This document shows, piece by piece, positions 27,881 through 37,126 of a stretch of 64,000 bases of DNA. Location: positions 1 through 64,000 of the IMG/VR virus record IMGVR_UViG_3300020471_000004; one strand, written 5' to 3'. Below the pieces are notes generated by a model. The model had not been told where the DNA came from. It worked only from the letters and a program-made list of their open reading frames with translations, and ran no database searches. Numbering within the stretch: the stretch's first letter is position 1; each line of letters begins with the position of its first letter. Position numbers and translations under genes: made by a program.

Positions 27881-28819
27881 TCACATTGATTTGTAGCTAC
27901 CTGAATACTGACCGTCAACTAGGTATTGGTTAACAAAATATTTTTCAGCTATTTCCCAACCTACAGGGGTAGTAAATCCTCTAACAGATTGACCGTGAAC
28001 CATAGCTTCTACCAGTATAGCAAAAGCTTCATCCCACCAAGGGTTAGCATACCCAGGGTGGTTGAATTGGTCTTTGTGTAGGCGCTTGGCAGCTACTTGC
28101 TTCTTGAACTTTATTACATCGCTATTCTTCAACACATTCTTTATAGCATAGTGCGCAAGTTCGTGAGTTAGAACCTGTGCAATACCGTCTACAGAAAGGC
28201 TTCCGAATATACGAGTTAACTGACCTGGGTTCAGTATAATATAAATATCATACGTACCTCGAGTACGGTTCATGCTGTGAGCAATACAGCTACCTATCTC
28301 GTTAGAAATGCCTAAGCTGATTGGGTACTTGAACTTTATTTTAGTACCTAATCGACCTAGAGCAATTTCTATGTTTCGTCTAATGCTACCGCTTGCAGGC
28401 AATACAGTACCTACGAATATAGAAGTAGGTTTCTGTATAAACTGAAAGTTAACTTTAGCTGAGCCTGCAATAGTAGGTGCTACCTTTTTAGGTGACGGAG
28501 CAGTCACCTTAGGTTTAGGTTTTATATCAGATGCAGATTTAAAAGTTTCATCAAAAGATGAACTCCCTGCCAGCACGTCTTTACCTTGTATTTTGCCTAA
28601 ATAAGGCTTAGACGTGGTTACCAGCTCTCTTGCTTTCTGCTCACTAATAGGAACTAAAGCAGCTACTTGGTTATCAACCAAAATAAACTGGTCTTTGTTC
28701 TTGACCAGACCGTATACGGCCCTGCCTTCTAAATTAATTCGAGTAGTAGCACCGTCAACACTGATAGGGTTGCCTAAATACCTATACCAACGCCCAGCAT
28801 GAAGTACATCAATTTTCAT
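27881..28819 (-). CDS. zincin-like metallopeptidase with N-terminal shared beta domain
   Basis: VLTHELAHY (HExxH) plus downstream DEAFA third-ligand motif. Confidence 0.7.
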   Translation of the reverse strand: MKIDVLHAGRWYRYLGNPISVDGATTRINLEGRAVYGLVKNKDQFILVDNQVAALVPISEQKARELVTTSKPYLGKIQGKDVLAGSSSFDETFKSASDIKPKPKVTAPSPKKVAPTIAGSAKVNFQFIQKPTSIFVGTVLPASGSIRRNIEIALGRLGTKIKFKYPISLGISNEIGSCIAHSMNRTRGTYDIYIILNPGQLTRIFGSLSVDGIAQVLTHELAHYAIKNVLKNSDVIKFKKQVAAKRLHKDQFNHPGYANPWWDEAFAILVEAMVHGQSVRGFTTPVGWEIAEKYFVNQYLVDGQYSGSYKSM

Positions 28820-28834
28820 GGCTTTTCCTTAATC

Positions 28835-30763
28835 TTACGACCAGATACTTACGATACCTGACTGTCTAAAACCTTCTTTGTCAACAACTACTCGGAACTC
28901 TGCTGAACGAGAGATAGGCGAGTAGTAACCAAGTATTTCGCCACTTCCGCCTAAGCCAGTTACAGTTACAGACCCTTCTTCCTCAGCATCGATCCAGTCA
29001 GGCAGATTGTCTTCTTCTTTCAAGGTAGAAGGTAACGAATCAATAAGTTTTTTGATCTTGGCGTAACCTAGACCTTTAACACTGGAGCCTGCACCTTCTT
29101 CTGCTTCATTCATTATCTTTCTACCTAAGGTAGGAGTAATTACAGAGTCCAGCAGTTTAAAAGTATTTTTCGGCAATACATTAGTATAACCTCTTGCTAG
29201 AGAGACCCCTGACTTTAAGCTTATTGAATCAACCTTTAAGCTCTCTACAAAAGCAGTTGCTTTTTTGATTCCAGCAGGAGTAAAGTTAAACTTGTTACCA
29301 GCAACGTAAATGCCTTTTAACCCTTTAGCAGCACCTGGTTTAGGCAAAATTACGTAAGGGCTATCTCCGTCGATATTTACTTTCCAAGTATAGCGCTCTA
29401 CCTCTCTGCTATTGTAATAAGATACATTACCTGTGCCGAAAACAGTAGAAAGAAGTTTTATGGTATCTTCCTCAGAAGTGCTACCTCTTTGCTTAGAGGT
29501 AGCCAGAGGCTTTTTTGGAGAGTTTATTATTCCCTCTTCTCTTAAAGTAACTAGTAGTTTTTTAACAGAGTTTACTAGGCCTTTATCAAACACTCTTATT
29601 AAAGAAGGGCTAGAGTCATTTAATAAAAGAGCCGCTACTACCTGAGCGTACGGGTCATAGTTTTCTAGATCGAACAGTATGCTCTTGGCCCGTTTTTGAG
29701 TAAGGCCGGTGTCAGTCATTAGTTTTGTAAGACCTTTTTCTACAGAAGTACGACTACCGTTAGTAAGCATAGCTCTTAAGGGCTTAACGTCAGCAGGGCT
29801 TGCATCGTTGCCTCGAGAATCAGTAAGACTAACAGTATCATCACCATCCAGGTATTCGTAAACGTCACTTATTTTAGAATTTGTTTTGTCTGCTATAACA
29901 ATAGCTCTTAAGGTTTCTTTGACTGACTCTTGGTTAAAAGTAAGTCCCTTACCGATAGAAGCCTCTAATACCTTCTGGTACTTGGGACTTAGTTTCTTTG
30001 CTACTAGACCCGCGACAGCCCCTACCTTTACAGGCGCAGAACCAGGCTTTTGTGTTCGCATATTAGGAGTAATAGTAGCACCAGAAAGCTTTTGTAAAGC
30101 AGCGTTAGGCTTGATACTTTTGATGTTTGACATGATTGCAGAGAAGGTTTTGGCACTAGCCAGCTTTTTGACATTGGCAACCATCTTCTTACCGGCAGCA
30201 GAAGCAGCGTACTTTTCTAACGCTGCGGTATCTTTGGTTTTTAGAGCACCGATTAGGTAATCGATACCCTTGGTGTTTAATTGTTTTTCTTTAGAGTAGT
30301 CTTCTAGCTTAGACAAGATAGAAACACCTTTTGATCCGAAAAGGATCTTGGCATTTTCTTGTTGCTTTTTAGAAGCCGATTCAGACTCTAGTCCGTCTTC
30401 AAGGCTTGCAGAAGCAGAAGCTTTTACTTCCATCATAAACTTAGAACCTGGCCCTCCGACCGGTTTAACTCCACCTACTTTTAAACCTGCATCTTTCAAA
30501 GCTGCCTTAAAAGAACGTGAATAGTTTTTCTCGTTCTGGAAGTCGGCACTCATAGTTTTAGGATGGAAAGCAGATCGAACAACTGCGCCTTTTTCACCAG
30601 GCGATACACTAAACATAGCAGTAGGTATGCCTGCATCTTTCAAAGCAGCACGTACTTGTTTACCAATACGGCCTGCTTCGGCTTTTGTGATAGTATTGGA
30701 AGCTTTTTTAACCGAGCCGGAAAGAGCCGGCATGTCTTGGGTGTTAGAAACATCAATCTTCAT
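28835..30763 (-). CDS. large Lys/Ala/Ser-rich protein, putative head cargo
   Basis: MKIDVS..ALSGS; internal KASASASLEDGLESESAS. Confidence 0.7.
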   Translation of the reverse strand: MKIDVSNTQDMPALSGSVKKASNTITKAEAGRIGKQVRAALKDAGIPTAMFSVSPGEKGAVVRSAFHPKTMSADFQNEKNYSRSFKAALKDAGLKVGGVKPVGGPGSKFMMEVKASASASLEDGLESESASKKQQENAKILFGSKGVSILSKLEDYSKEKQLNTKGIDYLIGALKTKDTAALEKYAASAAGKKMVANVKKLASAKTFSAIMSNIKSIKPNAALQKLSGATITPNMRTQKPGSAPVKVGAVAGLVAKKLSPKYQKVLEASIGKGLTFNQESVKETLRAIVIADKTNSKISDVYEYLDGDDTVSLTDSRGNDASPADVKPLRAMLTNGSRTSVEKGLTKLMTDTGLTQKRAKSILFDLENYDPYAQVVAALLLNDSSPSLIRVFDKGLVNSVKKLLVTLREEGIINSPKKPLATSKQRGSTSEEDTIKLLSTVFGTGNVSYYNSREVERYTWKVNIDGDSPYVILPKPGAAKGLKGIYVAGNKFNFTPAGIKKATAFVESLKVDSISLKSGVSLARGYTNVLPKNTFKLLDSVITPTLGRKIMNEAEEGAGSSVKGLGYAKIKKLIDSLPSTLKEEDNLPDWIDAEEEGSVTVTGLGGSGEILGYYSPISRSAEFRVVVDKEGFRQSGIVSIWS

Positions 30764-30800
30764 AGTTTTATTTCCGTTGTTTATCTAGTTACTTTGTATA

Positions 30801-30829
30801 AGTATAGCAGAATTTTGCTATTATTTATA
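30801..30829 (-). promoter_or_regulatory. candidate promoter region (TATAAATA; palindrome; extended -10 TGcTATACT)
   Basis: Only sizeable gap in the cargo block; minus strand TATAAATA-atagcaaaattcTGcTATACT. Confidence 0.4.
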
Positions 30830-30862
30830 GACCGACTTTTGTACCTTAATGTTAAAGATAGG

Positions 30863-31411
30863 TTAACTCTTGTTTCGCGCTACCTTTAGTAAGGCTTTGG
30901 CAGATTGCTCCAACATTTTCAGTCGGTCAGCCTGTGTCAAGCCTAGGTGTTTGTTTTTAGAAAAACTAGCCTGCCAAGAAGCTAGAAAACTATTTGTAAG
31001 GTCTTCTTGGGCTTCTGATAGACGAAGTTTTTTATCTTGCTCAGCTTTGGCAGATTCTATGCCTGCTTTAAAGAAAGCAAGTATTGAATTCTTTCCTCTG
31101 GAAGATAGATAAGTATCTATGATTTCAAATAAATACTCGAAATCTTCACCCATCTCAAAGTAACGGTCTAATACAGTTTCGTTACGGTCAAGGTATTCTG
31201 AAATTTTAGGTACAGCAGTACGTAACTGGCGCATATTTGTAATGCGTAGCGTAGAGATAATTTCCTGTAGTCCTAATAAGAAGTTGCTTTCGTAAGCAGG
31301 AGTAAACCGTTTACCGCTATACATCATCAAGCTCATTATATTACACAGCTTGGCAACTTTAGGCTTTTCGAACAAGGAACTTATTGAACGCTTAGTTAAA
31401 TCAATTTTCAT
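30863..31411 (-). CDS. hypothetical helical protein, putative head cargo
   Basis: MKIDLTKRSISS; GAGG SD. Confidence 0.65.
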   Translation of the reverse strand: MKIDLTKRSISSLFEKPKVAKLCNIMSLMMYSGKRFTPAYESNFLLGLQEIISTLRITNMRQLRTAVPKISEYLDRNETVLDRYFEMGEDFEYLFEIIDTYLSSRGKNSILAFFKAGIESAKAEQDKKLRLSEAQEDLTNSFLASWQASFSKNKHLGLTQADRLKMLEQSAKALLKVARNKS

Positions 31412-31413
31412 AG

Positions 31414-32217
31414 TTACCTCATTACTGCCATGACTTGGTTATGGTTACTATGGTTTGAAACATAGGCAGGATCTTCTACAGCGCTGTTTTCAAAACCAGT
31501 TATTTGGTGCACATACCTGAAAGCGATCTGGTTTGCATCGTTTACATAAGTAGGCTTTTGTAGAACAGTATGACTACATACATTACGTAAATTATCTTTA
31601 TATACCGTATGTCCACAAATGCTACAGGTGTAAGCTTGATACCACATACCAATACTGAATGTATTTAGGTCCTCTGTTAGAATGCGGTTAGCAAGAACAG
31701 GGTCTTTGGTTCGGTCAAAAGCAAGTAACTGAATAATACGAGCATGGTTGCCACGGAACTGAGGTAACGACTTCATGTATACGTCAAGAATAACACCTTT
31801 AGCTTTGGTAATATCCTTGTTGTCATGCTCTTGGTGAGTAGGTTTTCCTTTCCACGTTTTGTATGCCAGCATACCTAAATCAGGACGAAAGCGTAGTGCC
31901 TCTTGAGTAGACAAACAATCACCGTTGGTGTTAGGTACGTCAGTTATAACACTAGGCACAGGCACCATCACGTAGTCACGAAGATTAGGGCTTATCTGAT
32001 AATGTTCAGATGCCATTGGTAACCAAGTGTTTGCATCTATTACCATGCTTTCTGAGGCGCCTGTTGCACTAGGCTTAAAAGTGATTTCGTTTGATTTACC
32101 AATGTCTTTTAACTCGATAGCTTTGTGGCGTACGTCACGTTTGGTAACATCGAAACTAGAGCTTTCAAAGCTGTTCTGTTCATTGGGAATAATAATGTCT
32201 TTTAAATCAAGTTTCAT
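31414..32217 (-). CDS. prohead maturation protease (HK97/assemblin superfamily) with Zn-ribbon insert
   Basis: NTNGD, GKPTHQEH (His), KGVILD, FSIGM (Ser), CSICG..CSH, FENSAVEDPA. Confidence 0.75.
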   Translation of the reverse strand: MKLDLKDIIIPNEQNSFESSSFDVTKRDVRHKAIELKDIGKSNEITFKPSATGASESMVIDANTWLPMASEHYQISPNLRDYVMVPVPSVITDVPNTNGDCLSTQEALRFRPDLGMLAYKTWKGKPTHQEHDNKDITKAKGVILDVYMKSLPQFRGNHARIIQLLAFDRTKDPVLANRILTEDLNTFSIGMWYQAYTCSICGHTVYKDNLRNVCSHTVLQKPTYVNDANQIAFRYVHQITGFENSAVEDPAYVSNHSNHNQVMAVMR

Positions 32218-32219
32218 AA

Positions 32220-33461
32220 TTAACCTACTCGGGTTACTTCTATAACTAACTGGTTATTAGCGTTACGACCTGCGTTAACGTTAATATCTTGAGTAGAAAC
32301 TCTGCCACCGCGCGAAGCACCTTTGTTTACGAAAGTGAAAGAACCTACTTCACCTTTCTCGAAATCAGGAGTTGGTTTTGACGTAAGAGAAGACAGACTG
32401 TTTGTACTAATAGCTTTGGCTACTTTCTTAGCTATAGCTGCACTAGTATTGTATTCAACAGAGAATGAAGTATTGCCTATACTATAAGAAGAAGGCAATC
32501 TTTTTGAATTGGTTATCTTTAGGTATAGCTGACCTTTGCCTTTTGAAAATCTGCCTGCACTTTGGCCTTTTCTGCTAGGTCTAGGCTTACGAGTAGTAGG
32601 ATCTCTGGTAATAGTTTCTTTACGAGCAGGCACATCGTAATCACCTAGTTCTACGTCACCGCTAGTTTGGGCATTACGTATAAGGTCTAGTGAGAAACGA
32701 GTAGGTTGCTTAGGTTCAAAAATTGAAGTGATAGCAAGAGGAGTCTGTTTGCCTGACTTGAGCATACTAGCAGCCTGTTTAGGTGTAACTCGGATCATGC
32801 GACCATCACCAAACGTGCCACCACGGCTCTTGAATGCAGTACCTTGCTTCCAGCCGTCTGTAGAAAAGGCAGGAGATGCAAAATCAATACCGTATTTAGA
32901 TTTGATAGAACTAACAAAGCCAAGTTTTTTGCTTTCAAGCAACGACACTAGGTCTTTTATCAAATCATTCAGGTTGAAAGGATAGCGCTGACCAGGTTTA
33001 AGCGTCTTCAAGAATTCTTCGGTTGCTGCCAAGTTAGAAAGAATTTGGACATTCTTTTTGGTCATGCTGGTACGAGTGTTTGCACCGAACAAGGCAATAG
33101 CCGCCAACTTAGCCAGATCCGCAGAGTTGTCTTGGGCAACCTTCTTGGGGCTAGGTTTGCGTGTAGGCTTTTTAGTACCAGTAGCTGCATCTTCCGATAA
33201 GATTTTATGGTCACGTTTAAGTTGGTTAAACTTGTTTCGCGTTATCTTGAACTTCCAGTACTTGTTTAGCTCCTCGTCAAAGTCAAACAGGAATATACCT
33301 TTAGGTGAATTAGAAAGGTAGAAAATATCGCCACGTCTTAGAGCCAGTTCGTGAGTAGCATCTTCTATTTCAATTTTCTTTTTAGCTTTCATCTGAATAG
33401 ACCCTTTAATAGGCGCTTTAACTTTAGTTGCAGATGAACTTTCTAGTAGATTTATTTTCAT
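32220..33461 (-). CDS. basic protein, tagged putative head cargo
   Basis: MKINLLESSSA; Lys-rich. Confidence 0.7.
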   Translation of the reverse strand: MKINLLESSSATKVKAPIKGSIQMKAKKKIEIEDATHELALRRGDIFYLSNSPKGIFLFDFDEELNKYWKFKITRNKFNQLKRDHKILSEDAATGTKKPTRKPSPKKVAQDNSADLAKLAAIALFGANTRTSMTKKNVQILSNLAATEEFLKTLKPGQRYPFNLNDLIKDLVSLLESKKLGFVSSIKSKYGIDFASPAFSTDGWKQGTAFKSRGGTFGDGRMIRVTPKQAASMLKSGKQTPLAITSIFEPKQPTRFSLDLIRNAQTSGDVELGDYDVPARKETITRDPTTRKPRPSRKGQSAGRFSKGKGQLYLKITNSKRLPSSYSIGNTSFSVEYNTSAAIAKKVAKAISTNSLSSLTSKPTPDFEKGEVGSFTFVNKGASRGGRVSTQDINVNAGRNANNQLVIEVTRVG

Positions 33462-34828
33462 AACATGTTCCTGTTAATCGTATGCTTTACCCAAGTGCAA
33501 CATTCTGAATAAGTTTGCCTAATAGGGTTAATTAAAGTAAGTTGGTTAGAGTTTACTACAGTATACGGTTCTTTTTCGCTGCGACCTGTCCGGAAAGCAC
33601 TCTCAGTAAAACCGTCATAAAGTTTCGCTACCCAGCTACGTGTGTTTGCTCCTGTACCCTTGATTTTAGGGTCAGATTCAATACGACCAATATGGTCACC
33701 GCCATACATTATATCGTACTTGGTTCTTTCGGCATCAGTCAGCTTACGTTGAGAAGGACATACTCTAAAACTAATACGGGGCCTAGTGGCCGATTCAGAA
33801 TCGAGGCTATCTAGTTCACTAGGTATATCTATGTATTCTTCTTTGTCATCCTCAAGAAACTTATCAATATCTTCTTTACTAGGAACAAACTTCTCCTGTT
33901 CCATATCGTGACGTATCTCCAGTAGACCTATCTTTTTGGACAAAGTATCAAAGTCTATGCCTGTTAACCAATCCATGTAGTGTTTGACAAAACGTTCCAT
34001 GGTAGGGTTTGTTTCAGGGTCAGACAAGTCTTCTTCGTATTCTTCATCCTCTTCTTCAGGTTCTTCTGCACTAAGGCTTGACCATCTAGAAAGAGATACA
34101 CGATCTAACCAAGCATCAAATTCCTGCTTGTACTCGTCTTGGGGAGTAAGTAGGCGTGATACACTGTTAGACTCTAGTTTTTGCTTGGAATACTCTTGAA
34201 GGTCTTTGTAGTTAGAAGGGCCTAAGAAAGCACTTAGCAATACTTTGCTTACGCTTTTGCCAATCTTTTTCCAGCGACCTTGTCCTAAAGTATTCTCATT
34301 GACAGCATCTAACAGCTTTAACGCAGAGCGACCGCCTCTGCGGTCACTGTCTTGTGCATCTTTGGCACTATATTTACCTTTAAGAATCTTACCGGCAAAG
34401 CCGTTGAACTCTCTACGACCTTGTGGTGAAAACTTGCTGTCCATAACCTGGACAACTTTCGTAAAGCTATCTTTTATTTTCTTAAAGTTTTCTTTCATGT
34501 CCATGCGTACAGCAGGAGCGTTTACTTCAAGACGGTCAGTTTCTTCCTGTACAAGAGCTGCTTCTTGGGCTCTAATCTCACGAGACTTAGGTAACTGCTC
34601 TTTCTTAACAGGTTTCGCAGGTTTCGCTTTAGGTCGAGCAGCTTTACGAGTGGTCTTGTTAGAAGGTTTAGCTTTAGGCTTTTTAGGCTCATTGATTCTA
34701 AGCTTACCTGATTTAACACCTTTAGCGTATTTGCTATTAGGGTGCTTTTCTATGTAAGCTTTTCTTCTAGCTGGACCTGCCTTTTTCCACCAGTTAGATT
34801 CTTGTGCAGATAAGGATATAAGTGTCAT
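33458..34828 (-). CDS. multi-segment protein, tagged putative head cargo
   Basis: Start MTLISLSA at 34828 from the ATGA overlap with the upstream stop; WWKK..YIEKHPNSKYAK; internal LESNS, SSLSA, LDSESA. Confidence 0.7.
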   Translation of the reverse strand: MTLISLSAQESNWWKKAGPARRKAYIEKHPNSKYAKGVKSGKLRINEPKKPKAKPSNKTTRKAARPKAKPAKPVKKEQLPKSREIRAQEAALVQEETDRLEVNAPAVRMDMKENFKKIKDSFTKVVQVMDSKFSPQGRREFNGFAGKILKGKYSAKDAQDSDRRGGRSALKLLDAVNENTLGQGRWKKIGKSVSKVLLSAFLGPSNYKDLQEYSKQKLESNSVSRLLTPQDEYKQEFDAWLDRVSLSRWSSLSAEEPEEEDEEYEEDLSDPETNPTMERFVKHYMDWLTGIDFDTLSKKIGLLEIRHDMEQEKFVPSKEDIDKFLEDDKEEYIDIPSELDSLDSESATRPRISFRVCPSQRKLTDAERTKYDIMYGGDHIGRIESDPKIKGTGANTRSWVAKLYDGFTESAFRTGRSEKEPYTVVNSNQLTLINPIRQTYSECCTWVKHTINRNML

Positions 34829-35967
34829 ACTTTTTCCAATTTCGTTTGCAGCCACATCAAGTTATTACCTATACGAAGTTTGTCTTTCTCAGGAATATAA
34901 GCTTCTTTCTCACTAAGCAACTGTCCGTATATAGTAAATGCCTGTCGGTAATCACCGAAGATATTCAAAGAATACGCGGCTAAATCATAGAGTTTCCACT
35001 CTAAGTACCCTTGTTTATTATAAATTACATTTTGTTGGGTATTTTCAATATCAGAAAGCAATTCTATACCGTGAGTTGCCCAGTAGAAACAAGACTGAGC
35101 ATCTTGTTTTTCGTAGTAGTGTTGAGCAAAAGTATACGCGGCCTCTACAGAAGTAGGCTCGATAGAAAGCGCACGGTACAAACTCGCTCTAGGATCTATT
35201 TCTAGTTTAGAGCAGGCGTCTGCTTGCAATAAATATGCATCTACTCTTTGCGCCTCGGTTCCTTCACATTTCTCTATGTCTTGCAAGATATTATAAGTTA
35301 TTTGCCAGTTCCCTTCATAGCTGTGCTCTCTTGCTAGGTAATACAGGGTTCTTAAATCAGTAGGGTTCTCTACATGCTGCTTAGCCAAAAGAGGCATGTA
35401 ATCACGAGGCTTACTATTATCTTTAAGGTGTCGTACACCTATGCCTGAATATATGTAGTCAGGCTCACCTTCTAAACTTACCAGAATTTCATGGCAAGAA
35501 TACTTCCATCTAAAACCTCTAGCGGTATGTATTTTATTCTGGCTATAGGTCATGAGTTCTACACCGTTATTTTCGGCAAAAATCATTTTTGTTTGTAAAA
35601 CCAGATAGCGTTTTAAATCGATGCCGTTATCAACAACAAGTTTAGCTAGCTTTTGGTACCAGTCAGGATCAATACGCTCGTCTAGGTCTAACCACATAAG
35701 CAAATCGTAAAAGTCACAATGCTTTTGGGCTTGTTCCATTGCCATGTTACGTGCAATAGAGAAATCAAAGGGATCTATTAATGCCTGGTGCAACTCTATC
35801 TTACCAGGGTATTTGTTTTGCATTTCTTTTATTAAGCTTACAGAGCTGTCTTCACTGCCTGTATCAAGTAGAACTATTTGGTTAACACTTTTGACCAAGC
35901 TTTCTATCCAAGGCACTACGTTGTTTTGCTCATTTTTTAGAATAGAGTATGCTACGATTTTAAACAT
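34825..35967 (-). CDS. GT2 (GT-A) glycosyltransferase with C-terminal TPR repeats
   Basis: ILKNEQ, LDTGSEDSS, FDFSIARN, WLDLDE, CHE, YYLARE motifs. Start MFKIVAY at 35967 is more likely than the track start. Confidence 0.85.
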   Translation of the reverse strand: MFKIVAYSILKNEQNNVVPWIESLVKSVNQIVLLDTGSEDSSVSLIKEMQNKYPGKIELHQALIDPFDFSIARNMAMEQAQKHCDFYDLLMWLDLDERIDPDWYQKLAKLVVDNGIDLKRYLVLQTKMIFAENNGVELMTYSQNKIHTARGFRWKYSCHEILVSLEGEPDYIYSGIGVRHLKDNSKPRDYMPLLAKQHVENPTDLRTLYYLAREHSYEGNWQITYNILQDIEKCEGTEAQRVDAYLLQADACSKLEIDPRASLYRALSIEPTSVEAAYTFAQHYYEKQDAQSCFYWATHGIELLSDIENTQQNVIYNKQGYLEWKLYDLAAYSLNIFGDYRQAFTIYGQLLSEKEAYIPEKDKLRIGNNLMWLQTKLEKV

Positions 35968-36892
35968 AGAGAATATTTCCGCTTTCCCACCATTTAGTTC
36001 CATAGTCTTGTGTTATACGGAAGGTGTAATCAGTATAACGGTTATAATCAAGACCATTGTTGATGTATCTGTAATAAGGTACGCCGTTTCTATAGCCACC
36101 GTGTACTCTTCTTACACGATGATGGAAATATAGACGTTGTACCAATTTAAGAGTATAATTCTTACCTGTAGGTCTATAAGGTACAAGGGACTCTCCTTCA
36201 TAGCCTTGCATATCTGAATCATTTTCTGCAACGAAGCCGCTAAAGCTGTTTGCAGGATCTCTCACACGGGGATAATAGCCTGTGGCGTATCCAGAGACAT
36301 ACTGGGTTTGATGCAAAAGCTTATCCTGCGAAAATATTTTAGTGCGACCATCTTCTTTTTTGGCGTATTTGTAATCTTCCCAATACCAGAAGTAACGAGT
36401 GAATAAAGGAACAGGCTCACCTACAGGAGTGTATTCGAGAAGATCTACAGAGTAAGTTTCAGATTGTTGGTCAAAGGTAAGGTTAGTAAACTCTGCTCCG
36501 TACCATCTGATAACATCAATAAGAACCTGAGCCATAAGACTGCGTTGAGTACCGTTGGATAGAATATAAGTCAGGCAGTCTTGTCCTAAGTACCCAGGGA
36601 TAGACCGATATATGATAGAAGGTTTTATTTGGTCGGTAGTTGCTGTACCGTGAGCAGGAGGCTCTGTGAGGATAGGACGCATACGCCATCCCCTCTGTAC
36701 TGCCATTCGGGACATTACTTCTGGGTCAGGCGATGTGAAGTCTTCAGGGTCACGGGCGCCTTGAAGACGCCACTCTGATAAATCAATAGTAAACGGCTGC
36801 CCTGTACGAGCAGTTACCGTTAAGTCAGGAGCAAATGGTACGTAGTTTCTCCACGTATCAAGAGATATTAAGTTTCCGTATAACATCGTCAA
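35960..36892 (-). CDS. virion protein with Ig/cadherin-like (Big_9-type) domain
   Basis: PPAHGTAT..IIYRSIPGYLGQDCLTYILSNG. Confidence 0.6.
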   Translation of the reverse strand: MTMLYGNLISLDTWRNYVPFAPDLTVTARTGQPFTIDLSEWRLQGARDPEDFTSPDPEVMSRMAVQRGWRMRPILTEPPAHGTATTDQIKPSIIYRSIPGYLGQDCLTYILSNGTQRSLMAQVLIDVIRWYGAEFTNLTFDQQSETYSVDLLEYTPVGEPVPLFTRYFWYWEDYKYAKKEDGRTKIFSQDKLLHQTQYVSGYATGYYPRVRDPANSFSGFVAENDSDMQGYEGESLVPYRPTGKNYTLKLVQRLYFHHRVRRVHGGYRNGVPYYRYINNGLDYNRYTDYTFRITQDYGTKWWESGNILYV

Positions 36893-37124
36893 ACCCTTGT
36901 TGGTCTAACACGCTAGGACATGCACTGAGTACAACTGGTGCAGTATCGTTACGAGCTAGAGATAACATTCGTTTGAAGATACCTGTAGTATAAGCATAGT
37001 ACTGGTCATCGTCAGGACTAAAGCGCTTTGTTGCCAGAGTCTTGGCTCGTTCCCATACCTTTTCTACGGCGGCGATCTTCATGTTTCTTTGGTCAGATAC
37101 TTTTTTTAAGTAATCATTCGGCAT
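36858..37124 (-). CDS. small helical phage protein (possibly ChaB-like)
   Basis: MP..EKVWERAK..A..YAYTTGIFKRM pattern; starts 2 nt after the ligase stop. Confidence 0.5.
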   Translation of the reverse strand: MPNDYLKKVSDQRNMKIAAVEKVWERAKTLATKRFSPDDDQYYAYTTGIFKRMLSLARNDTAPVVLSACPSVLDQQGFDDVIRKLNIS

Positions 37125-37126
37125 AA

